A stretch of DNA of 64,000 nucleotides from a bacterium UBP8_UBA817 (GTDB lineage Bacteria; Margulisbacteria; Marinamargulisbacteria; SXXA01; SICP01): assembly GCA_945888435.1 (NCBI GenBank), contig CAMCZW010000007.1, positions 12,700 through 76,699 on the forward strand, read 5' to 3'. The first letter of the stretch is position 1. Every line of letters begins with the position of its first letter. The notes beneath the pieces were generated by a model. That model ran no database searches and was not told the DNA's origin. It saw only the letters and a list, made by a program, of their open reading frames with translations. Below are positions 10,296-20,800 of the stretch, piece by piece. Position numbers and translations under genes: made by a program.

Positions 10296-12071
10296 TTAAC
10301 TCCTTATGGATGATTGAATTAAAGTGTGTAGTGCAGTTAAACATCGGCCAATATGAGAAGACTCACATTGCACTTCGATAACACAGGACATGGGAGACGT
10401 CCCTAAACTTGAAAATAACGCGGTTAATTGGGCAGAAGACTCTACCAAATGGTAGGGCAGCCCCACCATGCGGGAAGCATACTCGATTGAAGGCAAATCA
10501 GGCAACACGAAATAAGACTCAAAAACCTCAGCAGATGACGCCACCGAGAGCTGTTCAAAAATGCGCCCGCCACGATTATTGGTGACCAAAATAATAATGG
10601 GAACTGGCGATGCTGCAACCAGAGCTAAACTCGATACATCATAGGAAAAGGACATATCGCCAAGCCAAATCAGTACCGGTTTTTGGCATCCCATCGCAAC
10701 ACCTGTACCCGTCGCAATCACACCATCAATCCCACTAGCGCCTCGATTAGAGTGGACTTCAACCAATTGATCCGCCGGCAATGCCCACTGATCCAGTAAT
10801 CTCACCGGTAAACTATTACCAATCATCAATGCCCATCCCTGCGGCAAAAGAAGATATAAATAAGCGCCAATCCAAGGTTCGGTTAACGGCGTATCCACTA
10901 CTTCGGCAATATGATGAGTAATGTCGGCATTCAAGTCTCTCAGTCCAGACGAAAACGCGTTAGTAAACTCAGGAGAAAAGTCTGATGGAATCGCAGAAAT
11001 CAAGTCATGGCAAAAGGCCTTCCAAGGCGCCACAATCCGTTTCGAAATCGTCAGATTGGGCTCCCAAATCAGGTCTTTATTCATCACCTGATAAATCGAC
11101 AATCGCGACGTCGACAACCACGAAATCAGCACTTTTGACACACAAAATCCGCCAAAAATTAGCACTCGGTCAACACTCAAAAAGAGGTCAGGACCAGTGG
11201 CCTCTAGCGCCCTGTCATAATGATTAAAAATACGAGGATGACCCAAAGAATGTAATGAGGAAGTGGCATCCGGAAGAATCATCCACCCGAGCCGGTCAGC
11301 CAATTCCAACAGAGCCGAGGCATCATCCGCCGAATGAGTTTGGCCAACCACAATCACCCCGTTTCCAGAGGATACCCAGGCAAGAAAATCGTCTAACTGG
11401 GGCCGATCCGAAATCGTTGGTAGAGCCGGTTGTGAATCCAATGCATCACTAGCTAAAAATTCAGTCAACGACTCTCCATGAAGAGGTTCTCTAAATGGGC
11501 AATTTAAATGGATAGGCCCAGGGCGATTTCCATTCAAACGGACCCATAAGGCATCCAATTGGCGGCGAATCTGCGGCAATGCGATATCCAGAGTTGGCAC
11601 CGGCATACACCATTCAGATACGACAAAATGAGAAAAAATGCCCACCTGACGGATACACTGATTGGCCCCGCTATCCCACAATTCCGGGGGGCGATCTGCT
11701 GTAAGTAACACTAACGGCACCCCAGTCTGAAAGGCCTCTACCACCGCCGGAAGCAAGTTGGCCACCGCAGTCCCGGATGTCACCACCACCGCCACTGCTC
11801 GGCCAGACGACTTCGCTAATCCCAATGCAAAAAATCCAAGACCGCGTTCATCAAAATGAGTTTTAATTGTTAATTGATCATGCCTGTGAGCTGCGAGTAC
11901 CAGCGGCGTTGAGCGAGAACCAGGGGCGATCACCACATAACGTACTCCGATCGACACCAACGACGCCATCACAACATCACACCAGACATCGGCAATCGAA
12001 AATCGGTGAATACTCAAGATTACCAGACCACCGCTAACAAAGACTCCAGCTTCAAATCCAACTCCTGCCAT
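10296..12071 (-). CDS. menD: 2-succinyl-5-enolpyruvyl-6-hydroxy-3-cyclohexene-1-carboxylate synthase (MenD, TPP enzyme)
   Basis: VVIAPGSRSTPL and GTAVANLLPAVVEAFQTGVPLVLLTADRPPELWDSGANQ match the MenD TPP-binding region. Confidence 0.85.
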   Translation of the reverse strand: MAGVGFEAGVFVSGGLVILSIHRFSIADVWCDVVMASLVSIGVRYVVIAPGSRSTPLVLAAHRHDQLTIKTHFDERGLGFFALGLAKSSGRAVAVVVTSGTAVANLLPAVVEAFQTGVPLVLLTADRPPELWDSGANQCIRQVGIFSHFVVSEWCMPVPTLDIALPQIRRQLDALWVRLNGNRPGPIHLNCPFREPLHGESLTEFLASDALDSQPALPTISDRPQLDDFLAWVSSGNGVIVVGQTHSADDASALLELADRLGWMILPDATSSLHSLGHPRIFNHYDRALEATGPDLFLSVDRVLIFGGFCVSKVLISWLSTSRLSIYQVMNKDLIWEPNLTISKRIVAPWKAFCHDLISAIPSDFSPEFTNAFSSGLRDLNADITHHIAEVVDTPLTEPWIGAYLYLLLPQGWALMIGNSLPVRLLDQWALPADQLVEVHSNRGASGIDGVIATGTGVAMGCQKPVLIWLGDMSFSYDVSSLALVAASPVPIIILVTNNRGGRIFEQLSVASSAEVFESYFVLPDLPSIEYASRMVGLPYHLVESSAQLTALFSSLGTSPMSCVIEVQCESSHIGRCLTALHTLIQSSIRS

Positions 12072-13318
12072 TCAAGATGAGCATCCGAATCAGACACAAT
12101 CCCAGCCCCTGTATAAAGCGCTGTCCCCTGCTCCGACACACTTCCGCATCGGATTGCAACCACCACAGAGCTGGACTCAGCCCCAAAAAGGCCTACAGAT
12201 CCTGAATAAAATCCACGCTTAAAAGGCTCATGATCATTTAAAAATTGAAGGGCTTCCAATTGAGGGAATCCACAAACAGCGGGTGTCGGATGTAATTTAA
12301 GCAGGATATCGGCATCAGTCACATCGTCTCGCAAAATACCCGACACTCTACAATACAGATGCTGTACCCCATTGCCTTGAATCACAGACAACTCACATGG
12401 CTCGGACACTTGATCACACAATAAATTAAGCTGAGATTGCACCATATCCAGTACCCACTGATGCTCTTTTCGGTCTTTACCTCGATCGATTAAGCCAATT
12501 TCACCATGAGAAGCCGTCCCCGCAATCGCCTCGGACACCACCTTGCGACCATCGCGTGAAAATAACAATTCAGGCGATGCCCCAAAAAACTCTTGAGTTT
12601 CAATCGGTGCTGGAAATTGGATCCAAAATAAAAATCCATGATAGTGATTTGCAAGACATCGTTTAATAACTTCCAAGCCAGATACCTTACCTTGCAGCAA
12701 CGCTTGTCGTGCTAAAACCACCTTACTGACTTCACCCTTACCAATAGCCGCTTGAGCCTCTTCAACCAAACGACACCAAGTCGGATAATCTGGGATAAAT
12801 TGAAGTGGAGCGGTGCCAGGATTATGAGCACTCAAAGACCGACTCTCAGAAGAAAAAGCATACTTCCAAAACTGGTCAAAGCTCACAAGCAAATCAGCCC
12901 CATCAAATGTGTTAAAAAAATAAAAAATCTGACACCGATCAGCCGATTGTCTCAACATCAACTGAGGGATGGCATACCAACAGTAATAAGATTCGCCATC
13001 CCCATCACCAAACTGATGGCCGCCAAAAAAACGCACATCTGGATGCGACCCCTCTAAAATCGACATCATCTGAGTAAGCCCATACGCATGCTGAAAATAG
13101 CTGCCAGACACTTCCACCACTTGGCCAAATCCTGCTGTCATCTCCAAGGTGTCTCGATCCCTAAATACCCATTGAGGACACTCTCCACCCATCCACTCCA
13201 TAATCGAAAGAGTCGGCACCTCAACAGAAACCGACGCTACCTGAAATTGGGTATCCAACGATAAAGCCGCCGCACTCACCTGCTCGCGAAGCAGCAAATA
13301 AATATCCTGATGCATCAC
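12020..13318 (-). CDS. menF: isochorismate synthase (MenF-type chorismate-binding enzyme)
   Basis: Chorismate-binding C-terminal domain (GGAESSSVVVAIRC...). Lies between menD and ubiE and overlaps menD by 52 nt. Confidence 0.7.
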   Translation of the reverse strand: MMHQDIYLLLREQVSAAALSLDTQFQVASVSVEVPTLSIMEWMGGECPQWVFRDRDTLEMTAGFGQVVEVSGSYFQHAYGLTQMMSILEGSHPDVRFFGGHQFGDGDGESYYCWYAIPQLMLRQSADRCQIFYFFNTFDGADLLVSFDQFWKYAFSSESRSLSAHNPGTAPLQFIPDYPTWCRLVEEAQAAIGKGEVSKVVLARQALLQGKVSGLEVIKRCLANHYHGFLFWIQFPAPIETQEFFGASPELLFSRDGRKVVSEAIAGTASHGEIGLIDRGKDRKEHQWVLDMVQSQLNLLCDQVSEPCELSVIQGNGVQHLYCRVSGILRDDVTDADILLKLHPTPAVCGFPQLEALQFLNDHEPFKRGFYSGSVGLFGAESSSVVVAIRCGSVSEQGTALYTGAGIVSDSDAHLEWQELDLKLESLLAVVW

Positions 13319-14029
13319 CTAGTTTTTATCCCCAACATAGACCGAAGCAACCCCAAAACAATACGATTCCCAATGGACCTGATCAAATCCGGCATCGCTC
13401 ATCAATTGGGCAAAGTCACCACGGTCATGAAAGCCTTCAACAGATCGATTTAAATAACGATATGCATCCTGGTCTTTGGAGATAAGCCCTCCAACCCAAG
13501 GCAAAACATGCCTAAAATACATTAAATACCCCCAGCGAATTACTGCATTTTGAGGCATTGAAAACTCTAAAATAAGCACTCTACCCCCTGGAGAAAGCAC
13601 TCTAAAAAACTCAGCTAACGCCTTATCCACATGGGCTACATTACGGATACCAAATGCGATGGTCACCACATCAAAAGAATCATCTAAAAACTCAAGCTGA
13701 GTCGCGTCTGCATTTTCTAATCGGATTAATCCATCCAACCCTCTGGCATTTACTTTATGGCGCCCGACTTCCAGCATTTGATCAGAAATATCGCCGCCCA
13801 CAATATGAGTAAATACATCCTTACCCAGCTGGTCCACCATCATTAATGGAACATCAGCCGTACCCGTGGCCATATCTAAAACGCGCAAGGGCCGTTTGGC
13901 CGGAAATAAGCGAAACATATTATGACGCCAACGGATATCCAGCCCCATCGACAAAACGCGATTAAGCAAGTCATATCGGGCTGCAATTCGGTTAAACATT
14001 CCCGCAATCGTATGTCGGCTTTTATCCAT
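13319..14029 (-). CDS. ubiE: demethylmenaquinone / ubiquinone C-methyltransferase UbiE/MenG
   Basis: N-terminus MDKSRHTIAGMFNRIAARYDLLNRVLSMGLDIRWR and the SAM-binding VLDMATGTADV are typical UbiE features. Confidence 0.85.
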   Translation of the reverse strand: MDKSRHTIAGMFNRIAARYDLLNRVLSMGLDIRWRHNMFRLFPAKRPLRVLDMATGTADVPLMMVDQLGKDVFTHIVGGDISDQMLEVGRHKVNARGLDGLIRLENADATQLEFLDDSFDVVTIAFGIRNVAHVDKALAEFFRVLSPGGRVLILEFSMPQNAVIRWGYLMYFRHVLPWVGGLISKDQDAYRYLNRSVEGFHDRGDFAQLMSDAGFDQVHWESYCFGVASVYVGDKN

Positions 14030-14107
14030 ATATAGGTAGAGTAGGAGTACCCGCCATATTTTGCAAGAATTTGAAAAATAGTGTCTGTATGTTACCCTAA
14101 ATCCATT

Positions 14108-14611
14108 ATGAAAAAATCAACCATTATTACGATTGCCGTTTTATCCCTATTAACAGTTGGCATTGCCGTCTCCCAAAAAACCACATTCTTTGGCGCAAAA
14201 CCCGCAATTTCAGAAACCCCTAACCCAACAATTCAAACCGTTAGCGGCGAATCCATTACGATTAGCCAATATAAAGGGAAAATCATTGTCCTTAACTTTT
14301 GGGCCACCTGGTGCCCGCCATGCGTCGCCGAAATCCCAGCCTTAATAGAGCTACAGGCCAAATACCCCAATGACGTCAAAGTAATCGGTATCAGCGTCGA
14401 CCAAGACACCTCCAAACTAAAGCCCTTCATCACCCAAAAAGGCATCAACTACCCCATCGGATACGCCAATAGCAAATTACTCTCCGCATTCGGTGGCATC
14501 CAAAGCATCCCAACAACCTACATCATCGACCGAAACTTTAAAATCGTAGAATCCGCCGTCGGCTTCCACAGCTTCAAAGAATTCGAAAGCAAGATAAAAC
14601 CCTACCTGTAA
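14108..14611 (+). CDS. TlpA/ResA-like periplasmic thiol:disulfide oxidoreductase (thioredoxin fold)
   Basis: WATWCPPC active site and a signal peptide MKKSTIITIAVLSLLTVGIAVSQ. The track start at 14081 is GTG, so the ATG at 14108 is preferred. Confidence 0.8.
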   Translation: MKKSTIITIAVLSLLTVGIAVSQKTTFFGAKPAISETPNPTIQTVSGESITISQYKGKIIVLNFWATWCPPCVAEIPALIELQAKYPNDVKVIGISVDQDTSKLKPFITQKGINYPIGYANSKLLSAFGGIQSIPTTYIIDRNFKIVESAVGFHSFKEFESKIKPYL

Positions 14612-14624
14612 TCCTATCCCCGTA

Positions 14625-14655
14625 GAGACAGGTTTCAAACCTGTCTCCTATTATT
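14625..14655 (+). terminator. putative rho-independent terminator after the tlpA-like gene
   Basis: Hairpin gagacagg-tttcaaa-cctgtctc (8-bp stem) 14 nt after the stop codon, followed by a T-rich stretch. Confidence 0.45.
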
Positions 14656-14705
14656 TCCGCACCCACATCTTAACTACGTCAAATAAATTATGATAGCATA
14701 ATAAA

Positions 14706-15098
14706 ATGACGCTATACGAACTCATCATCGCCATGATCCTAATATCCCTACTCACCCTAGGTGGCATCTCAAGCATCCACTACTGGAAAAGTTCAGTAGA
14801 ATTAAACGCCCATCAAAACACCATCGGCCACCTCCTTGGGGAATCACGATGGGTAGCCCTCGCCAAGGACCAATCCACTTCGATTAAGCTAATCGCCTCA
14901 GGTTGCCAATTTGATAATGCCAATATCCCAATCTACGCACTCAACTCAAGCTATGTCACCACCATCAGCAACAGTGCAGGAATGGGATTTAATGGTCAGG
15001 GAAGCACCTCAAGAGCAGCAACGCTGACACTCAAGTCTCAAGAAATTCAAAAACAAATCACTCTCTCCGTCGGCTACGGAATGCTGAGAATAAAATAA
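14706..15098 (+). CDS. pseudopilin-like protein (T2SS/T4P minor pseudopilin, GspH/I/J-like) with leaderless N-terminus MTLYE
   Basis: N-terminal hydrophobic helix with Glu at position 5 (MTLYELIIAMILISLLTLGG). First gene in a cluster of four. Confidence 0.5.
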   Translation: MTLYELIIAMILISLLTLGGISSIHYWKSSVELNAHQNTIGHLLGESRWVALAKDQSTSIKLIASGCQFDNANIPIYALNSSYVTTISNSAGMGFNGQGSTSRAATLTLKSQEIQKQITLSVGYGMLRIK

Positions 15099-15103
15099 CC
15101 ATT

Positions 15104-15364
15104 ATGATGATCATTGAAACACTATTAAGCATCTTAATTATGAGTATCATCGCCATGACATTTAGTAGCGTAACTCAGCAATTCTCTAAAACCATTTCAC
15201 TACTCACAATCAAAAAACACAGTCTGATCGACGGGCTCAACACCATCGAAGCCGCTAAAGCAGGCCAGCTTAGCCCATCACTCAATATCACTAGCATCTC
15301 CCCCACCCTCACCAAATACAGCGTCACAATTTCGACCCATCAAACCCTCGATTATATCCAATGA
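15104..15364 (+). CDS. pseudopilin-like protein, leaderless N-terminus MMIIETLLSILIMSIIAM
   Basis: Glu5 plus a hydrophobic helix. Confidence 0.45.
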   Translation: MMIIETLLSILIMSIIAMTFSSVTQQFSKTISLLTIKKHSLIDGLNTIEAAKAGQLSPSLNITSISPTLTKYSVTISTHQTLDYIQ

Positions 15365-15768
15365 TTCTTTACGAAATACTCATTAGTATCGCAATCCTCT
15401 CGCTCACATTACCCACCACTGCCCAACTCATGATCGGTATTTCCAAAACACTTTCAACCACACATGCCGCACTCCATACCATCAGAGAAACCAGCTATAT
15501 GGAACAATTATTACGAGCTCAACTCAAAGACGCACAAGCCATTCAATGGATTAGCGAAAGCGCCATCTCTATCCTCACGACAACCGGAGAAACCATCGAA
15601 TATGGAATCACCAACCAAAAACTCTATATCAAAAAAGGAACTCCGAAAGTCACTTACACCGATAAAGTCAAAATATCTCAATTTAATATCAGGCAAGTCA
15701 CACCCAAGCTACTCACGATCACCCTAAATCAAACACCGATCACTATCCACTTACCCAATGTCCACTAA
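15361..15768 (+). CDS. pseudopilin-like protein, leaderless N-terminus MILYEILISIAILSL
   Basis: Glu5 plus a hydrophobic helix. Start overlaps the previous gene by 4 nt. Confidence 0.45.
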   Translation: MILYEILISIAILSLTLPTTAQLMIGISKTLSTTHAALHTIRETSYMEQLLRAQLKDAQAIQWISESAISILTTTGETIEYGITNQKLYIKKGTPKVTYTDKVKISQFNIRQVTPKLLTITLNQTPITIHLPNVH

Positions 15769-16177
15769 TACAAATGAGTCTGGATTTATTATGATGGGGA
15801 CGCTGGTGATTGTAAGCATCGCCTTAATCTCCATCACAACACTCACAATCGCCCTTAGAAGCGCATTACGATCACACCAAGCAGAATACACCTACTACAA
15901 AGCCACACTCGCAGCAGAAAGCGGATTAAATGCAGCAAAACCCCAATTAGCCACAATCCCGCTGTGGACCACAAAAATCGACAAAGAAAGTCTCTACGCC
16001 TCGCATCTCACCCAACCGCTCACTCTCCCCATCAGCGCCACCATCACCGTCACCAAAACGGCAACGGATCTATACTCAATCGCCATCCTTAATGATCATT
16101 CAGGCCGAGCGATTATGAAGCAAAGTTACTCAATCAATAAAGGAGTAATAATTTGGGGGGCTAAAGCACAGTTATAA
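15758..16177 (+). CDS. GspK-like minor pseudopilin with classical prepilin leader (MSTNTNESG|FIMMGTLVIV, no Glu5)
   Basis: G|F prepilin-peptidase-type cleavage site followed by a hydrophobic helix. Absence of Glu5 is typical of GspK-type pseudopilins. Confidence 0.4.
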   Translation: MSTNTNESGFIMMGTLVIVSIALISITTLTIALRSALRSHQAEYTYYKATLAAESGLNAAKPQLATIPLWTTKIDKESLYASHLTQPLTLPISATITVTKTATDLYSIAILNDHSGRAIMKQSYSINKGVIIWGAKAQL

Positions 16178-16182
16178 CTCCA

Positions 16183-16406
16183 GATAATACTCACCCTAAA
16201 TCCCTCTCTTTTCAAAAGAGGGACTTCTAAAGGTTAATTGTTACACCCCTTATTGAAAGGATAAATAAACCTACAAACAATCGCCGGGCGTATGCAATAC
16301 GCCACTACGGGAACCAATGTAGGGGTACCCCTACGGGATTATGGATTTATCTTAAGGGATCAAAGTCCCTCTTTTGAAAAGAGAGGGATTTAGGGTGAGT
16401 ATTATC
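16183..16406. repeat. MITE/REP-like element, copy A: 42-bp perfect terminal inverted repeats (gataatactcaccctaaatccctctcttttcaaaagagggac) flanking a 140-bp hairpin-rich core
   Basis: Positions 16183-16224 are the exact reverse complement of 16365-16406. The core contains the palindromes ggcgtatgcaatacgcc (16287-16303) and gtaggggtacccctac (16319-16334). Related copies lie at 35810-35924 and 53689-53800. The element sits between convergent gene ends. Confidence 0.8.
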
Positions 16407-16444
16407 TTAGACCAAAGGGAGGTTATGGGGGAGGGTTTGTACCA

Positions 16445-17341
16445 TCAAACAAAAAAAGAAAGCAGCAATTCCATATATGGGACAGCCGCACCCTTTTTTT
16501 TCGCAAACTCCACCGCATGTCCCAAAATCGCGTCTATCTCCATGGGTCGCTTATGCTCATAATCCACCAACATACTGGGTTTATAGGGGGGCATTTTTTG
16601 AGTGTCTTCTATATTTTGACGGATGACATCATCATCCAGCTCGCATCCGTCTAACCGGGCAAGCATCACTACTTCTTTCATGATTTCTTCGATTTTGTAC
16701 CGGATATCGGGATCGTCCAGCAACTCTGCCGTGGTTTTTTGATACATCACAGATAACGGATTAAACGGCGCATTCCACACCAGTTTTCTCCACCTCGCTT
16801 TGCGAATTTCCGTCGTGACCTGGCATTTCACACCGGCCTTGATAAATAAGTCGCCCAATTCATCTGCAATATCCACCTGCCCTTCCGGATATTTACCCAG
16901 CACCAGCCGACCATAGCCTTGATGAAAAATCACCCCAGGCCGAGTACGCGTTAAACACACAAAAGCCAACGCGCTAATCAAGGAACAAGTGGGAAAAGCC
17001 TCCAGATAAGGAGCCTCAATATGAATTCCGTTTTGAAGCAACATAATCGCCGTACGAGACGATAAAATCGGCGCAATCGTCGCCATCAAATGAGACCCTG
17101 GCAATACCTTCGTCGTAATCATAATCACATCAAAAATAGTCCCAAAAGCAGAAATCACATCGGGATAAACCGCATGAGGCTTAAAGTCAAAATCTCCGAG
17201 CGGACTTTCAATATGATATCCAGCTTCTAAAACGGCCTGATAATCCGAGCGACAGACCACCGATACCTGAGCGCCAGCCAAGGCCAGTTGTCCGCCATAA
17301 TATCCGCCAACCGCACCCGCACCAACAACCAGAATCTTCAT
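16445..17341 (-). CDS. panE: 2-dehydropantoate 2-reductase (ketopantoate reductase, ApbA/PanE family)
   Basis: N-terminal Rossmann MKILVVGAGAVGGYYGGQLALAGAQVSVV and overall ApbA-family architecture. Confidence 0.75.
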   Translation of the reverse strand: MKILVVGAGAVGGYYGGQLALAGAQVSVVCRSDYQAVLEAGYHIESPLGDFDFKPHAVYPDVISAFGTIFDVIMITTKVLPGSHLMATIAPILSSRTAIMLLQNGIHIEAPYLEAFPTCSLISALAFVCLTRTRPGVIFHQGYGRLVLGKYPEGQVDIADELGDLFIKAGVKCQVTTEIRKARWRKLVWNAPFNPLSVMYQKTTAELLDDPDIRYKIEEIMKEVVMLARLDGCELDDDVIRQNIEDTQKMPPYKPSMLVDYEHKRPMEIDAILGHAVEFAKKKGAAVPYMELLLSFFV

Positions 17342-17880
17342 GAAAACTTTGAGCGATGAATCTCAGCCAACGACACATATTTAGCCGCCCATTGCACATG
17401 GTCATCATAGGTATCAGGAGACAAAGTTTTAAGAACTTTGCCCGGCACACCCACAATCAAAGAATTTTTAGGGACAACCGTCCCCTCTTTGACGACTGCG
17501 CCAGCGCCAACCACTGCCCCACGCCGGATAATCGAGCCACTCAATAAAATCGCGCCCATTCCAATCAAAGCGCCATCTTCAATCGTGCATCCGTGTAAAA
17601 TCGCACCATGGCCAACGGTAACATCATTACCCACAATACACCCCAAGTCATTTTCCAAATGGATAATCGTTCCATCCTGAATATTACTCCGCTCTCCAAT
17701 CACAATCCGGTTAATATCTCCGCGTAACACGCAGTTGTACCAAACAGAAGACTGGGCCCCAATCGTCACATCCCCAATAATCCGTGCACCCTCGGCCACA
17801 AATACAGACTCATGTAACTGAGGCGTTTTAATCTCAACATTGTCTCTAAGTTCAAATTTTTTCATCACTTTTCCCTCCAT
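17338..17880 (-). CDS. gamma-class carbonic anhydrase family protein (hexapeptide-repeat, YrdA/PaaY-like)
   Basis: Left-handed beta-helix hexapeptide repeats and the typical VFVAEGARIIGDVTIGAQSSVWYNCVLRGD segment. Confidence 0.75.
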   Translation of the reverse strand: MEGKVMKKFELRDNVEIKTPQLHESVFVAEGARIIGDVTIGAQSSVWYNCVLRGDINRIVIGERSNIQDGTIIHLENDLGCIVGNDVTVGHGAILHGCTIEDGALIGMGAILLSGSIIRRGAVVGAGAVVKEGTVVPKNSLIVGVPGKVLKTLSPDTYDDHVQWAAKYVSLAEIHRSKFS

Positions 17881-20800
17881 AGCCTTTTACACTCTCAGAC
17901 ACTTCAATCATCACTCGATTTATTTCACCCAAAAACTGATCAACAGAAATCTCCCCTTCATTTTCCTCTCCCATCAACCTCCTGGCAATTCGTAGCAACA
18001 TCACGTCATCTTGAGGTAACGAATGCGTTTGTCGGTCATCACTCAGCTGAAGAACATGCTCCAACCGTCTTAAAAAGATATAGGCCTCCAACAATCGATC
18101 TACCGCCGAATTAGGCAGCAATTCATACCGTTTCAGTGAAAACAATGCAGCCACCGTATGCCCTACAAATAAGTCAGGGTATTCCTGCACATGCTGAAGC
18201 TGAATCACCTGAACCAAAAACTCAATATCCCGTATCCCTCCCTGACCATTTTTAATATCCACCGTTGATAACAGACGACGCTTAGCAGCCGCCACCGATT
18301 GCTGTCTTAAAAACGCCACCTGCCGAGGAAGCATTTGATAACTCCCCTTAGAAATCAGCTGTCTGATTCGAGTCATCGCCTCAAACCCGACCATCCAATT
18401 ACCCGCCGCTGGCATACACCGTAAAAAAGCCTGATACTCCCACAATGACGCATGTGTCTCATAATAATGAACCCACTGATCTAACTGAATGACCAGCTCT
18501 CCAGACCGGCCAAAAGGCCGCAATTTAAAGTCTACCCGATACATCAATCCACCCTCTTCAACTTTCATGACATAGTCTCTAAATCGTTCAACCACACGGG
18601 TATAAATCGCATGAAGGGCATCCTGGTCAACCCCGGCTTCTTCGCCGTAGCAAGGATCATAAATCGCCACCAAATCCAGGTCAGAACTATAATTAAGCTC
18701 TCCACCCCCCAGCTTTCCAAATGCCACCAAACATAGCCCCAGGGACACTTGTTCAATTTGATCCTGAGTTAGGCCAAAATCTTGAGTCCGCCATATCTGA
18801 TTTAAAACTGCAGTAATAATACTTTGGGCCAAGCGAGTCAGTTCGGCCGTAATATCCACCAGCGGCGATTGAAGATACAAATCTCTGATCGCAATCTTAA
18901 GTAATTCCCGACGTCTCACCATCGCCATTTGAACACGTGCATCTGGCAACGTCGCAATCGATGCCAGCTCTTCATCCAGCCAACCCCGTTTTAAAAGTTC
19001 ATTCAAATATTTTTGATTAAATACCCATTCCATACTTTCTGGGCGACTAATCAAAAGCATCGATAAAAACTGGCTCATCACAAAGACATCCAGCAACATA
19101 TCTAACACCATCGGTTGCCGAGAAACTGCTTTAAAATGCGCTGCTTTATTAGGAAGATTCGCTAAAAATCGCTCCCAGACATTAAGCACCTGATCCGGAT
19201 CCGTTTTAAACGGCCTAGTATGTGAGGCCAACACCAGGACGCTCGCCACCAAAGATATTGGTTTTACGCCCGACATCATCTTCACTAAATTAGAATACGC
19301 CTGAGTCACATTCCGTATCCCCAATCGCGTCAAAATCATATCTCTTCGGATTGAATCCAATTGCGGGTTAAGCACGATATCCGCCAAATTACCCGCCGCC
19401 GGATACGAAATCGACGAAAAATACTCCGATACAAATCCCCGCACCTGCGCCGTAAAATAATCAAAATCGGCCATTAATAACACCGACGGCGACATCTGGC
19501 CTTTTGCCAAATATCCAATCCGCCTCGCCAAATAATCTAATTCCAGAGACCCTTCCACAGGCAAATCCAAATCCTTGGCATTACCTCTAAGCATTCTCAG
19601 TCCATTAATCAAATGTCTAAAAAAATCATAAGATCGATTAAGGTGATCCTGCTGAGCCTTTTTTAATACCCCAATTTGCTTAAGTCCAGCCAACGCATCA
19701 TGAATACTTGGAGTACGTAATATGCCGGAATGCCGACCATGCTCCACCTGTAAAATTTGAACGGCATATTCCAAATCCACCAAAGCCCCTGCACTAAATT
19801 TGGCATTGGCTTTACCCGATGTTACTTTTTCAGATAACTGACGCTGACGAAGTTGCCACAAGGACTGCACATCCAAATGCCCCGACAAATACACATACTC
19901 ATCTCTAAGCCGAATCACCTGCTCACCTAACCTAAACTGCCCCGCAACAAAGCGCATCCGTACTAACGCCAACCGCTCATATTCATGGATTTTCTCTTCA
20001 AATCCACCATAATATCGATTAAATAAATCCAGGCTCACCGCGAGTGGTCCCGAGTTTCCATAAGGTCTCAATCTAAAATCCAACTGAAAAATCCCGTCTC
20101 TTTTTGATTTCAACTTCTCACCCAAGCCCTGGACTAACTTAGAAAAAAACTCGCTATTCGACATCGACACCTCTCCCGACGTCATCCCCTCATCCCCAAA
20201 TACCACCATCAACTCGATATCCGAGGCATACCCCAACGCCATCCCGCCCATCTTCCCAAGTCCCATGACGGCATAAGGGGTTTCAATTCCGCCCACCCCA
20301 GTCGGTGCCCCGTACTGACGCTTTAAATCCTGATAAATCCATTTTGTAAGTACTCTAATGACCAACTCTGCAAGCAAGGTCAATTGACTCGATAACGCCC
20401 TAAAATCAAATTCACCCGCCATATGATTAAGATCGATATAATAATTCTCTCGATTTTTAAATTCGTTTAAGGCCGAGACTCGTTCATCTAAGGAAGCAAT
20501 CCCTCTAACAGCACGGCGAAATCTGATAGATAACTCCCTCAAATTAAATACTTTGCCCAATTGAGAAATATGAGGTTTAAGCACCGGCAATACCGCATCA
20601 TGATGCGTCCGGATAAAGTCTTCCCATAGATAATCACTAGTCCCCAAAATTCGGGCAAAATCCTTAAGTACCCGCGGATTAGAGAGTAACCCCACCCATT
20701 CATTACCCGTCGCAAGCGCCAAAATATGAGACACCAATTGCTGAAATCTCGACAACGCATCAAACGGATTAGGCGACCGATCCAAAAAAAACGTAAACTG

